Below, one piece after another: positions 9,808 through 20,112 of a DNA stretch of 64,000 nucleotides (position 1 is its first letter; every line of letters starts with the position of its first letter). Source of the stretch: a virus (taxonomy: Duplodnaviria > Heunggongvirae > Uroviricota > Caudoviricetes); the IMG/VR virus record IMGVR_UViG_2974578479_000001, positions 64,001 through 128,000 of that record; one strand, 5' to 3'. The notes beneath the pieces were generated by a model. It was not told where the DNA came from and searched no databases. It saw only the letters and a list, made by a program, of their open reading frames with translations. A program made the position numbers and the translations under genes.

Positions 9808-10254
9808 ATGATTCACGATAAGGTTAATACTTTATGGGGTCTTCGTTTTAATGATTCAGAATTACTTGGGTATCTTCCAGTATTTGATGAAGAACATAAG
9901 GCTATTTCATATTATTCATGTGAAAATATGCATCCTGAATATGAATATCGTCGAGTTGTCCCATGTTATCAGTACAAAGTATCTGAAGAATGGACTTCTT
10001 CTGAAGAAGATTTCTTTATGCAAGAAAAATTACCCAAAAAGTCTAGGGAAGATTTAGTACTTCAACATGAAATCTATCGTGATGATTATATCAAGAACTT
10101 CCAAGACAACAAATATGTTGTAATTTTTGTTGGTTGTGATGATGGGGATAAGGTGATGCGTTTCAAAGATAGAGAATCAGCAATCAAATTTTTGGAAGGT
10201 ATTACCTATTATGATGAAATTTTTGATGATATGCTACTAATGAGTAATTATTGA
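9808..10254 (+). CDS. Hypothetical protein
   Basis: Operon packing between grcA and nrdG. Confidence 0.65.
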   Translation: MIHDKVNTLWGLRFNDSELLGYLPVFDEEHKAISYYSCENMHPEYEYRRVVPCYQYKVSEEWTSSEEDFFMQEKLPKKSREDLVLQHEIYRDDYIKNFQDNKYVVIFVGCDDGDKVMRFKDRESAIKFLEGITYYDEIFDDMLLMSNY

Positions 10255-10727
10255 TGAACTATCAAACAATAGTGAAAGATGATTTGATTAATGGAACTGG
10301 CGTTCGCGTCAGTTTATATGTTTCTGGATGCAGTCATGGATGTGCTGGGTGTTTTAATGAATCAGCATGGGATTATCGTTCAGGAATACCATTTAGTACT
10401 GAACAAATCAATGATATTCGAATTGAATTATCAAAATCTTATGTTGAAGGATTAACACTTTTAGGTGGAGATCCTTTAATGCCAAAGAATATTGATACAG
10501 TACTAGAATTATGTAGAATCGTTAAAGAAGAATTTCCAGATAAAAACATATGGTGCTGGACTGGATATACATTAGAGCAAGTACTTTCCAATCACGCACA
10601 TGATGCATTACAATATATTGATGTATTAGTAGATGGAAAATTTGAGGAAGAATTAAAAAATCTAAAATTATCATTTAGAGGTTCAGAAAATCAAAGAGTA
10701 CTTTTTAAAGGAAAGGACTATGACTAA
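10254..10727 (+). CDS. nrdG: Anaerobic RNR activating radical-SAM protein
   Basis: NGTGVRVSLYVSGCSHGCAGCFN (CxxxCxxC), GLTLLGGDP, FRGSENQR. Confidence 0.95.
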   Translation: MNYQTIVKDDLINGTGVRVSLYVSGCSHGCAGCFNESAWDYRSGIPFSTEQINDIRIELSKSYVEGLTLLGGDPLMPKNIDTVLELCRIVKEEFPDKNIWCWTGYTLEQVLSNHAHDALQYIDVLVDGKFEEELKNLKLSFRGSENQRVLFKGKDYD

Positions 10728-10899
10728 AGAAGTTATTGTTTATGATAAGAAATTTCATGAAGATGAAATAGAAATGATTGATCCGATGGATTTTTTAACA
10801 GATGATGTTGTAACTGATGTATTTGGACTACCACGAGGAACGTTTCATGTAGTGGTTACATTTACACCAGATCCAAATTATGATCCAGATGAAGAATAG
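10720..10899 (+). CDS. Small acidic hypothetical protein (59 aa, not in ORF track)
   Basis: AAGGA RBS; MTKEVIVYDKK...DPDEE. Confidence 0.55.
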   Translation: MTKEVIVYDKKFHEDEIEMIDPMDFLTDDVVTDVFGLPRGTFHVVVTFTPDPNYDPDEE

Positions 10900-10921
10900 G
10901 CACCCATAGGGTGCCTTTTTT
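10898..10921 (+). terminator. Intrinsic terminator ending the anaerobic operon
   Basis: AGGCACCC-ata-GGGTGCCT followed by T-run. Confidence 0.85.
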
Positions 10922-10976
10922 GTTTATACCCTCAATAAATACAACAATGAATATCTAAATTTTTTAAGGATATAAA

Positions 10977-13676
10977 ATGAGTAAACAAATAAAAGGAAGC
11001 GTACAAGTTGGTAGATACGCTTCATCACAAGGACGAAACTTAGTCCGATCTTTAAATGGGTTACCATTTGATGGTACTGGTAATTTAGAAATAAATGCAT
11101 ATACAAAAGATGAATTCGAAAAAATAATTAGCGTTTTACCACTATCACACTATGGTTCATTTAGCTTTTTACCTGCTGGTGTATATGGTTCTTTTGAAGG
11201 TGCGAGTGATGTTCCTAGTTATAGATACAGAAGAATACACGTAGAAAATGATGGTACATTAATTATTTTACGTCCAGGAACTAACGGAGCTAAGCGTGGT
11301 TTATATTATTCATATCTAGATAATATATTAACAACAACATCTCTGAATAACGCAATAAACTCAAATAAAGAATATAAACCTGGATATTTTGGTAGTTCTT
11401 ATACTGCTAAAATGGCATATGCTAGTGATTCTAGAGTTGTTGCTGGATTAGCACAAAATAATGCAGGTGAAAATTATACCTTTATATCATGGGCTAATAA
11501 TACATTAAATGATGCACAGCATGTGGGTTCAATTGTACCATCATCTATTATACAACCTAATTCTGGTTCTATGAGATTTGTAATGACGGGAAATACGGAA
11601 ATATTTTTCTTCGTAGAAGTTAGTACTGGTAATAATTTAATTATGGAAGTACGTTCAGTTCCTATTTCACAAATACAGGAATCAGCAACAACATTAACAG
11701 TTACTGAATATCCAAACTGGACAACAAATTCATTTTATGGAAATGTTTATACGAACCAAAATATTGTACTGAATAATAACAAAATGAGTTCAGTTGCATC
11801 AGACCAACCATATGTATTAATACCTGCTGGTGGTTCTGGTGAACCATATATGACAGGTGTTGATATATATGCTGCTCAAAATGCATCAGGAATGATACGA
11901 TTAAGAGTGGTTGGTGACTGTTATTGTACAACACAAACTGCAAATATTCGCCCAAAACATAGCTATAGTTTCTTATTAAATCCAGCAACAAGAGTTGCTA
12001 CATTAGAAGCGGGAAATACTGCACCATTAACTATTACTCAAACTGGTAATAATATGTCTGTTACTGGTAATACATATACTACTGACCCAATACTTACTGT
12101 TAATGGTGGTCGTGGTAACATAGTTATGTCATATTACTATTTTAATAATGGAACAACAATTGGTATTGGATCTCAAAATTTAGGTTCAGCACCTACTTAT
12201 ATCATGAGAGCTAATTATCCAAATGCTACTTCAATTTATGATACTTTACAAGTTCGTAATCATACTAGTACTAATTGGCTTTTAGGATCAATGAAAACTT
12301 CATATGGTTCACCAGTTGGTGCTGAAGTTATGGGATATGAATGGGTTACTGGAAATAGATATAAGGTAGCTTCGTGGGATGCAAATTCACAATACCGTTT
12401 ATCATTAAACCAAACAGCACCTACACCAACATTCACATTCGGTTCAGTTGGATTAGGTACAATTAAAGGATTCCAGCCAACTACAAATAGAAAATTCATT
12501 GATAATACCAATGATAACAAATTGTTTATATCGACAATTTCTGGAAGTACTGTTGCAACAAATGGTGGTGTTTTTGTAGAGTCAATTAAATTAAGTTCCC
12601 CATTATCATATGATCAAGATTTAAATACATCAGGTTCAATGAGTATAAGTAATATATTATTACAAACATTAAAAAATCAACAATTAGCGAATGCAACAAT
12701 TCCAGTAGATTTGAATAATAAGTCAACCATAACATTATATGTACCACAACAATCTGATATTCCAGCATTTGCATTGATTTCTGGAATAACCCCAACATTT
12801 TCTAATTATATGAAAATTATAGAAGTGAATGTTAATACTAGAACTGGAGTAATCAGTACTCTAACTTTTAAAAGACTTGTATATGAAGGTGGTAATACAA
12901 TTGGTGGCTTTAGTTCAGATGCTACATATGGCTTAGCTAATGGGGCTGTTGGATTAACAATTTATGATGCAGGTGCATTTTACTTTATTGGTGGAGTAGA
13001 TCCTTATATGTATAAAACATTAGGAGACACCAATAGTACTACATGGAGAGCCAAAGTTACTAAGAGCACACAACAAATGGACTCATTCGTTATCAGTGGT
13101 TCTTACCAACATCATACCCCAGGAAATGGTCAATTACCGTGGGCAGTTCCTGGCGTTGGTTTTGGATATATTGATTTTACACTAAATGCTGGTGATGATA
13201 GAGTACGTACTATATTCCAACCAGTAGGTACTACATTAGCTCAATACAATGCATGGACAGACACTGGTAGTCCTATTTTATTGGCTGGACAGGACGTTGC
13301 ACAGGGATTTGTAATATATTTTACAGAGAATACTCCAGTACTTTTATCAGGAAAATCATTCACTATGCCAATTCAAAATATTGATTTGACAACAGTTAAA
13401 GCTAATCCTGCTAATAGTACTTTTTATATCTACGTAACGATGAAAGAAGGTTTAGCACAATATTTGGCTACAGAAACAGTAATAGCAGAAACAGGAACTA
13501 CAGCATATAATACACTATGGATTGGTACAGTGACTACAAATGCAATTCAGATTGATACGATTAATATTTTAAAACGTAGTCGATTAGATGTATTTGGTGC
13601 ATCACTAGAAGCTGCTGGTTCTTCATTCCCTGTTAGCTATGGTCTACCATCAGCGACAGGTATTATCAATTGGTAA
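10977..13676 (+). CDS. Large virion/fibre-like protein, paralogue 1 of 3
   Basis: Shares LPxSxYG..ENDGTL..LRPGxNG..YYxY and C-terminal QDVxQGF..YFT..NPxNxTFYIY..TGxINW with the next two ORFs; Ser/Thr/Asn/Gly rich; TAAATA upstream. Confidence 0.65.
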   Translation: MSKQIKGSVQVGRYASSQGRNLVRSLNGLPFDGTGNLEINAYTKDEFEKIISVLPLSHYGSFSFLPAGVYGSFEGASDVPSYRYRRIHVENDGTLIILRPGTNGAKRGLYYSYLDNILTTTSLNNAINSNKEYKPGYFGSSYTAKMAYASDSRVVAGLAQNNAGENYTFISWANNTLNDAQHVGSIVPSSIIQPNSGSMRFVMTGNTEIFFFVEVSTGNNLIMEVRSVPISQIQESATTLTVTEYPNWTTNSFYGNVYTNQNIVLNNNKMSSVASDQPYVLIPAGGSGEPYMTGVDIYAAQNASGMIRLRVVGDCYCTTQTANIRPKHSYSFLLNPATRVATLEAGNTAPLTITQTGNNMSVTGNTYTTDPILTVNGGRGNIVMSYYYFNNGTTIGIGSQNLGSAPTYIMRANYPNATSIYDTLQVRNHTSTNWLLGSMKTSYGSPVGAEVMGYEWVTGNRYKVASWDANSQYRLSLNQTAPTPTFTFGSVGLGTIKGFQPTTNRKFIDNTNDNKLFISTISGSTVATNGGVFVESIKLSSPLSYDQDLNTSGSMSISNILLQTLKNQQLANATIPVDLNNKSTITLYVPQQSDIPAFALISGITPTFSNYMKIIEVNVNTRTGVISTLTFKRLVYEGGNTIGGFSSDATYGLANGAVGLTIYDAGAFYFIGGVDPYMYKTLGDTNSTTWRAKVTKSTQQMDSFVISGSYQHHTPGNGQLPWAVPGVGFGYIDFTLNAGDDRVRTIFQPVGTTLAQYNAWTDTGSPILLAGQDVAQGFVIYFTENTPVLLSGKSFTMPIQNIDLTTVKANPANSTFYIYVTMKEGLAQYLATETVIAETGTTAYNTLWIGTVTTNAIQIDTINILKRSRLDVFGASLEAAGSSFPVSYGLPSATGIINW

Positions 13677-13685
13677 GGAAATCAA

Positions 13686-16427
13686 ATGGCATATATAGTT
13701 AAAGGCGATTTAGACGCCAAACAACAAATAACAGTACAGGGAAAAACTGTAGGTGTAAATTTTACAACCACAGATAATAGTGCTGTATATTCAGCAGATA
13801 CATCAGGACATGTGGATTTACCAATTACAACATCTTCTGACGTAGATTACATTTTTAAACAATTGCCCCTATCCCAATATGGGGCAATTAATAGCGTACC
13901 ATTGGGCGTAGCTGGTACATTTGATGGTGGTAGTACTATACCATATTATTCATCAATGCCAGTACTTTTAGAAAATGATGGAACTTTAGCGTTTCTTCGC
14001 CCTGGTTCTAATGGTAGTACTATAAATTATTATTACACATATATTAATACACCAGATTCTTCAACAGTGCCTAATACTACAATAAGAAAGTATTATGAAG
14101 GCCCAAGTAAGAAGATTGTATTTTATGATTCATATACCAAAGATACATTAATTTATGAAGATATTGATAATCATATCATTCATTTAGTTCTTACGAACGG
14201 AACTTTAGATAAAAATTCCCATCAGGAAGGAACATTTAGTAATACACTAATACCATATAATATTTTAACAGCATTAAAAGTGGGTAGTTATGTTTATATT
14301 ATAGCATTATATAATACTGCATACAACTTGAATAATCCAGTATCGATAAATTATAACATTGCTGATCCTCTACAATTTGTATTCTATAGAGTTCCAGTAT
14401 CTGAAATACAAGCTGGAACAATTAATACAGTACAACAGGTTACCGGTATTAATGGTACAACTATGTATGGTGATGTAATATCATCATCAAATGCTGTAAA
14501 AATTGCTGATGCTTGGGGTAGTACTACAGCAAGTGCAACTAAATCCTTTATGAAATATGATTCAGGAATTCCTGGTTTATCACCATTTACCTATTCTATT
14601 ATTGGTACAGGTAAAGCCTATTTTGATGGAACTAATATTATATTTTCATTCTATACAAATGGTTATTGTGTTAATAACACAAGAAGAACGGACACGATGT
14701 ATGGCATGACAATTACTTATAATACTACAAATAATACATACACCCATGATTTAACTAGTACCCCACTTGTATGTACTGGTGGAATTTCTGGTTCATTAAC
14801 TTGGTCAAATCCATATTCCATTAATTCATCTAAGATTGCTGGTATTGGAGCAGATATTAGTGATGGGTGGTCATCAGCATGGTATATTACTGATTCTGGA
14901 ATTCAATACACGGTTAAAGAAAAATATGTATTACATGACTATTATATAATTACCCGTTGTACAATTCCTAATTTTACAAATAAAGCTGATGCATATAAAA
15001 TACGTTCCAAGCAATTATCAATGACTTCTAGATCTAATGTCATGGGCGATTTTGCTTCTAGGGTTGGTGATCAATTAGTTGGTGGTTCACCATTAAGTCC
15101 AACTCGTATAATGTTTACAGGTACTGGTTCATATCAAGGGACACAGTATACAAAATATAAAAGAGGTATTGCAGATATAGGTAGTACTAGAACATACACA
15201 TATAATTCATTTGACCGTGGAACAATTACGGGATATGCACCTCAGAATTTTCGTGTACCATTAAGTGATACGAATGAAAATTTAACTCGTTCAAAAATAT
15301 CATTTTGTGATGCGGCGGGAAATATTTCTATGTACGGTTGTGTATTCAGTGAAGATATTATGTTGACGACTGGATATAAACTAGATGCATCAACATTAAC
15401 ATATGATAAAACTGTTAGTATTGATAATTCAACATTAGTTGCATTAAAAAATTCAATTATAAGTACTTCAGGAATTGACTCAGCTAATGCCAAAGTTGGT
15501 TTGTATTTTTCACCTGATACCAGTTTTTGTAAAAGTATTGCTTGTGTAGTTTCTAAAAATACAAGTCCAGATGGTGGTAATGTATTATTTGCTACGGTTG
15601 ATTGTACTATGGTCAATAATGTAGTTACTGTGGCAAATCTTAACACTATTTTTTATACTGGTTCATTTCCTACTATGCAATCAGTATTAATTTCAAGTGA
15701 AATGCTTGCAAAATCTGGTTTAAGTTGTGTGAAATATTCCGATTTTACATATATTTCATTTAGTGGACTGAACGCATATGGTACACCTGGTGATAGTGCT
15801 GAATTATCTGGATGTGGAGTTGTTAATGGTAATACTATTTCCAATGTTACTGTATCTCAGAGTTATCATGCTTCTGGAATTGCAACAAATGCACGAGAAT
15901 ATAGTTATATACCAAATGTAGGATTTGGATATTATATATACGCTAATAACGACCGTGGAACTAAATTAATATTTAAAAATTGTGGAAATACTTTAGCACA
16001 ATTTAATTCGAATATTTCTCCAGGAACGGGAACAGATATAGTTATACTTGCACAAGATGTGGTACAAGGTTTCTATTTGTATTTCACTGAAGTTACACCT
16101 TTATTCATGGGTGGACAATATTTTGATGTACCAATTAGTACTGTAGATTTAAATGCAGTAACATCTAATCCAGGAAATAAAACATTTTACATTTATATTC
16201 AGTTGATACTTGGTACACCAACATACGTTGCAAGTTTAACCGAGATTCCTGAAACTGCAATTAATATGTTCATTGGTACAATACAAACTGATGGAACAAA
16301 AGTATCTGCGTTAAATATAAGTAAGGTTTCACGCTTTGATGTGTACAGACCAAGTTTAACACAAATAGGTTCTGGTTTCCCTGTAAGTTCTGGAAATCCC
16401 CAACAAACAGGAACCATCAACTGGTAA
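13686..16427 (+). CDS. Large virion/fibre-like protein, paralogue 2 of 3
   Basis: Same conserved N- and C-terminal blocks. Confidence 0.65.
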   Translation: MAYIVKGDLDAKQQITVQGKTVGVNFTTTDNSAVYSADTSGHVDLPITTSSDVDYIFKQLPLSQYGAINSVPLGVAGTFDGGSTIPYYSSMPVLLENDGTLAFLRPGSNGSTINYYYTYINTPDSSTVPNTTIRKYYEGPSKKIVFYDSYTKDTLIYEDIDNHIIHLVLTNGTLDKNSHQEGTFSNTLIPYNILTALKVGSYVYIIALYNTAYNLNNPVSINYNIADPLQFVFYRVPVSEIQAGTINTVQQVTGINGTTMYGDVISSSNAVKIADAWGSTTASATKSFMKYDSGIPGLSPFTYSIIGTGKAYFDGTNIIFSFYTNGYCVNNTRRTDTMYGMTITYNTTNNTYTHDLTSTPLVCTGGISGSLTWSNPYSINSSKIAGIGADISDGWSSAWYITDSGIQYTVKEKYVLHDYYIITRCTIPNFTNKADAYKIRSKQLSMTSRSNVMGDFASRVGDQLVGGSPLSPTRIMFTGTGSYQGTQYTKYKRGIADIGSTRTYTYNSFDRGTITGYAPQNFRVPLSDTNENLTRSKISFCDAAGNISMYGCVFSEDIMLTTGYKLDASTLTYDKTVSIDNSTLVALKNSIISTSGIDSANAKVGLYFSPDTSFCKSIACVVSKNTSPDGGNVLFATVDCTMVNNVVTVANLNTIFYTGSFPTMQSVLISSEMLAKSGLSCVKYSDFTYISFSGLNAYGTPGDSAELSGCGVVNGNTISNVTVSQSYHASGIATNAREYSYIPNVGFGYYIYANNDRGTKLIFKNCGNTLAQFNSNISPGTGTDIVILAQDVVQGFYLYFTEVTPLFMGGQYFDVPISTVDLNAVTSNPGNKTFYIYIQLILGTPTYVASLTEIPETAINMFIGTIQTDGTKVSALNISKVSRFDVYRPSLTQIGSGFPVSSGNPQQTGTINW

Positions 16428-16438
16428 AAGGAATTACA

Positions 16439-19201
16439 ATGTCTAAAAAAATTATGGGCGATTTGAATGTTGCCCGAAATACCTTATCATTTAGTAAAAA
16501 TACAATCCGTGATGTTAACAACATCACGGCTGATGTTAATGGTGATGTTATATATCCATATTATTCTAAAGAAGAAATTGACAAAATTGTTGCAACATTA
16601 CCAGTTTCTAGGATTGGTACTATGGATTATCTACCAATGAGTATCAATGGTTCATATGAAGGTGCTACTAACTACGATACGAAACGTATATTTCCAGTAA
16701 TGCTTGAAGATGATGGTACAATGGTTCTATTACGACCTGGAACAAATGGTAGTACTTTCGGGTACTACTATTCATATATTCCAAATGCACGTAGTAGTGA
16801 TTCGTTTATTCCAATACCAACAAATACAAAATATATACCAACTTTCTTTACGGCGAATCATTCATTAATTAATTTCATTGGTTCTAATGCTGGTGAAATT
16901 TTGATGATGCGTACAAATAATGGTACTAATGATACATATACACTAGCGTTAACAAATGGTACAATGAACTCTGTTTCCCATCAATATGTTGAATTTAACA
17001 GAACATTAATACCAAATACAGATCCTCAATATGTTATGATTTGTAATGGTATTGCATATATTTGGTGTATAGATAGCTATAATAATGCTGACCCATTTTC
17101 AATATCATTATATACAATAAGTGTAGATAATATTAGAAATGGAGTTACTACAACATTATCACGTATTACTGGATTTTCTGGAAAAACATTATATGGAGAT
17201 AACGTAACTGGTAGTTCTAATATCCAAATTACTCCAAAATTATCAAGTACTGTTACTTCTGATAAACCATTCACATTAGGTGTACCTAACGGATATTTCC
17301 TAAGTGTTAATACATGGCAATTGAATACAGATGGTGCAATACAAGCAGTTGGTAATGATAATAATACATCTATTAGAGTATCAGTATCACATGCGTATGA
17401 TAGTAATTCAAGTACTGGAAATCTAAGTCAAAAAGTATGGGGTTTTAGTTTCACTTACAATATTAGTACTAAAGCATATGCTTATGATACTACCAGTTTA
17501 GCACCAATAGTAGTTACTGCGAATGCAAGTACTGGTGCAGTTACAAGTACTACACAGTTCGATGTTAGAATGGAAAATATAAATGGATTCCCATCAGGAT
17601 CACAGGGTAATGTTCCAACAATATTTCAAACATTAGATGGGCAGGTTTTTAGTGCAGTAGCTCGATATGTTACTACTGCTGATTACAAAGTTACTCGTGC
17701 CACAATATCAGGTTTTACATCAAAATTTGATTCATTAAATCTAACAACTAGAACATTAACTAATCAAAAAGTTACATATGTTCAGCCACAATATGGCTCA
17801 GTTATTGGGGAAAATTTAATAAATCCGCAAATTATATCTCCTACTAAAATTGTAATGGCGGGTAGTGGTACTGAAAATGGGGTTACTTTTGGTTTCAACT
17901 CATTGGTAAGTACTGATTTCACTGGTTCTAGAAATTATGTATATCAATCTGTTAATGGTTCTCCAATAAATGGATATGCACCAAATATAAATCGGGCACA
18001 TCTAACGAATACAAATTTGATGTATAATGCTATGATTTCTATTGTTGCACAAGATGGAACAACAAAAGTATATGGCTCATCATTTATTGAAGGTGCACCA
18101 AATAAACCAGCGAATGGATTACTGAATCCAAGTACTATGCAATTTACTGGTTCATACACATTACAAAATGCTGCGGTTTTAACAACATTAAAAAATAATA
18201 TTCTTTCTAGAATAACTTTACCAGATAATATTTTAGATAGTAAAATTGTATTATATTACGTGCCAGATCAATCATTATGTAAAAGCATTGCAGCGGTTAT
18301 GGTAAGAACTGATGCTGATGCTGGGACAAATAATATTAATATTTTAACAGCAGAAGTTGATTTAACACTTTCCGGTACAGTTGTGACTGGTGGGACTGTA
18401 TTATCTACTTTCTCAAATCAACGTGGATTATATTCAACAAATATTAATACTAACCTTATAGAGCGTATGTGTGGATTAACAGTTGCAAAATATTCAGATT
18501 TTACATATCTTGGGGTTGGGACGGTTTATAATTCAAGAACAACAGGTAATGACATGTACTGTTCAATATTGGGTAAAATTGATAACTCAACACAGCGTAT
18601 ATCATCTAGTGCCTTAACATTAGTTGGTACACAATATGTTGCATTAGGTGGAGCTTACCAAGTTGGTGTAATTCCGAATGTAGGTTTTGGTGTATTTGAA
18701 ACTGGTCAAGTGGCAGATTTAGGTACTAAATTAGTATTCAAAAATTTCGGGACTACTAGTGCACAATTTGATACAATGATAACAGATTTAAGTGCTAATC
18801 CTATAGAGAGATTTGTCATCACTTCACAGGAAGTAGCACAAGGATTTAATGTATATTTTACACAAATTATACCAATACTACTAAATGGTAAGTACTATGA
18901 AATGTTACCAACAACAATAAATCTGAATTCTATTGAGTCAAATCCAGCTAATAAAACATTTTACATTTATATCGTTATAAATGAAGGTGTAGCTCAATAT
19001 CAAATTAGTACTTCTATACTTTCTGATGAATTGTATAGAGTATTCATTGGTACAATCGTAACTGGTGCATCAAGCATAACTTCATTAGTTACTGAGAAAG
19101 TTACTAGATTCTTAACTTATAGACCAAGTGTTACTAAACGTGGTTCAGCAATACCAGCAAGTACTGGTGTACCTTCAGGTACTGGTACACGTTGGCATTA
19201 A
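16439..19201 (+). CDS. Large virion/fibre-like protein, paralogue 3 of 3
   Basis: Same conserved blocks; ends GTRWH. Confidence 0.65.
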   Translation: MSKKIMGDLNVARNTLSFSKNTIRDVNNITADVNGDVIYPYYSKEEIDKIVATLPVSRIGTMDYLPMSINGSYEGATNYDTKRIFPVMLEDDGTMVLLRPGTNGSTFGYYYSYIPNARSSDSFIPIPTNTKYIPTFFTANHSLINFIGSNAGEILMMRTNNGTNDTYTLALTNGTMNSVSHQYVEFNRTLIPNTDPQYVMICNGIAYIWCIDSYNNADPFSISLYTISVDNIRNGVTTTLSRITGFSGKTLYGDNVTGSSNIQITPKLSSTVTSDKPFTLGVPNGYFLSVNTWQLNTDGAIQAVGNDNNTSIRVSVSHAYDSNSSTGNLSQKVWGFSFTYNISTKAYAYDTTSLAPIVVTANASTGAVTSTTQFDVRMENINGFPSGSQGNVPTIFQTLDGQVFSAVARYVTTADYKVTRATISGFTSKFDSLNLTTRTLTNQKVTYVQPQYGSVIGENLINPQIISPTKIVMAGSGTENGVTFGFNSLVSTDFTGSRNYVYQSVNGSPINGYAPNINRAHLTNTNLMYNAMISIVAQDGTTKVYGSSFIEGAPNKPANGLLNPSTMQFTGSYTLQNAAVLTTLKNNILSRITLPDNILDSKIVLYYVPDQSLCKSIAAVMVRTDADAGTNNINILTAEVDLTLSGTVVTGGTVLSTFSNQRGLYSTNINTNLIERMCGLTVAKYSDFTYLGVGTVYNSRTTGNDMYCSILGKIDNSTQRISSSALTLVGTQYVALGGAYQVGVIPNVGFGVFETGQVADLGTKLVFKNFGTTSAQFDTMITDLSANPIERFVITSQEVAQGFNVYFTQIIPILLNGKYYEMLPTTINLNSIESNPANKTFYIYIVINEGVAQYQISTSILSDELYRVFIGTIVTGASSITSLVTEKVTRFLTYRPSVTKRGSAIPASTGVPSGTGTRWH

Positions 19202-19203
19202 TC

Positions 19204-19234
19204 AAAAAAAAGCCCCTTGACAGGGGCTTTTTTT
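19204..19234 (+). terminator. Intrinsic terminator (possibly bidirectional)
   Basis: A8-GCCCCT-tgac-AGGGGC-T7. Confidence 0.9.
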
Positions 19235-19245
19235 ATGTGTACAAT
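19217..19245 (+). promoter_or_regulatory. Sigma70-type promoter embedded in the terminator
   Basis: TTGACA-17 bp-TACAAT. Confidence 0.7.
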
Positions 19246-19280
19246 TTTCTGCATCTGACGAAAATAATGAAAATTATCCC

Positions 19281-19309
19281 TTGACAAGAGATTAAAAAAC
19301 ATGTACACT
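19281..19309 (+). promoter_or_regulatory. Sigma70-type promoter
   Basis: TTGACA-17 bp-TACACT. Confidence 0.7.
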
Positions 19310-19325
19310 GTATAGGAAATTTCAT

Positions 19326-19883
19326 ATGGGATACCAACCAATGCCTAGAAATCCACCACCTCCAACAAAGAGTGATGAAGGTATAATTAATTTAGCAACA
19401 ATGTTAGAGATTCATCAACATTTGCATATTCTAGTACTTCGTAAAAGTGCGGGAAAGCTAATTGAATATATCATGCAGTTCAGGAATAAGAAACAAGCTA
19501 CAAATGCTATCATTCAAACAAAATATGAATTAAGTAAATGTCGTCCTGAAGTACTTGCAATGATGTTGTCAATGGCCAAAGACCCACGTAGGTTCAAATT
19601 TGCTGACACAACATGTGATAGCCGAATGGTACTGAACGATACAGTACATGGTACATATTTCCAAATTTATAATTTTAGTTCAAATCCAAATCGTTATTTG
19701 CCTAAAGTGTACATTAACAGTAAGGAATTTCTAAATGATAATGAAGAAATGGTTTTGTTCAAGATTGTAAAATCAATGAATATGATGCGTAATAATGAAT
19801 ATAAACTTCAAGAAGAATTGAAAACGTTAGAGGAACAAGAGAATGTTTTCCAAATATACCAAAATGAAAAATTGTTATCCTGA
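19326..19883 (+). CDS. Hypothetical protein, paralogue family A
   Basis: VLRKS..IIQTKYELSKCRP..MAKDPRRF. Confidence 0.7.
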   Translation: MGYQPMPRNPPPPTKSDEGIINLATMLEIHQHLHILVLRKSAGKLIEYIMQFRNKKQATNAIIQTKYELSKCRPEVLAMMLSMAKDPRRFKFADTTCDSRMVLNDTVHGTYFQIYNFSSNPNRYLPKVYINSKEFLNDNEEMVLFKIVKSMNMMRNNEYKLQEELKTLEEQENVFQIYQNEKLLS

Positions 19884-20112
19884 TAAATTGTATGAAATTC
19901 TGTTAAAACGGTTCTTTTTTGAAAATTACCCATCAGCAATGAATGTGATTTTACATCATGCAAGTACTTATAGTGATGGGAAAATTGTGGCATCCATTGA
20001 ATTTTGGTTCCCTAACAAACTTGTATTTGTAAATGCTCATATTTTTATTGATGAAGAATATCATTCAATTAATGTTTTTAACACTGATAAACTATTGGAG
20101 TTTGTGGAATGA
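19843..20112 (+). CDS. Hypothetical protein
   Basis: Fills the gap before the Thg1 gene; start uncertain. Confidence 0.5.
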   Translation: MFSKYTKMKNCYPDKLYEILLKRFFFENYPSAMNVILHHASTYSDGKIVASIEFWFPNKLVFVNAHIFIDEEYHSINVFNTDKLLEFVE

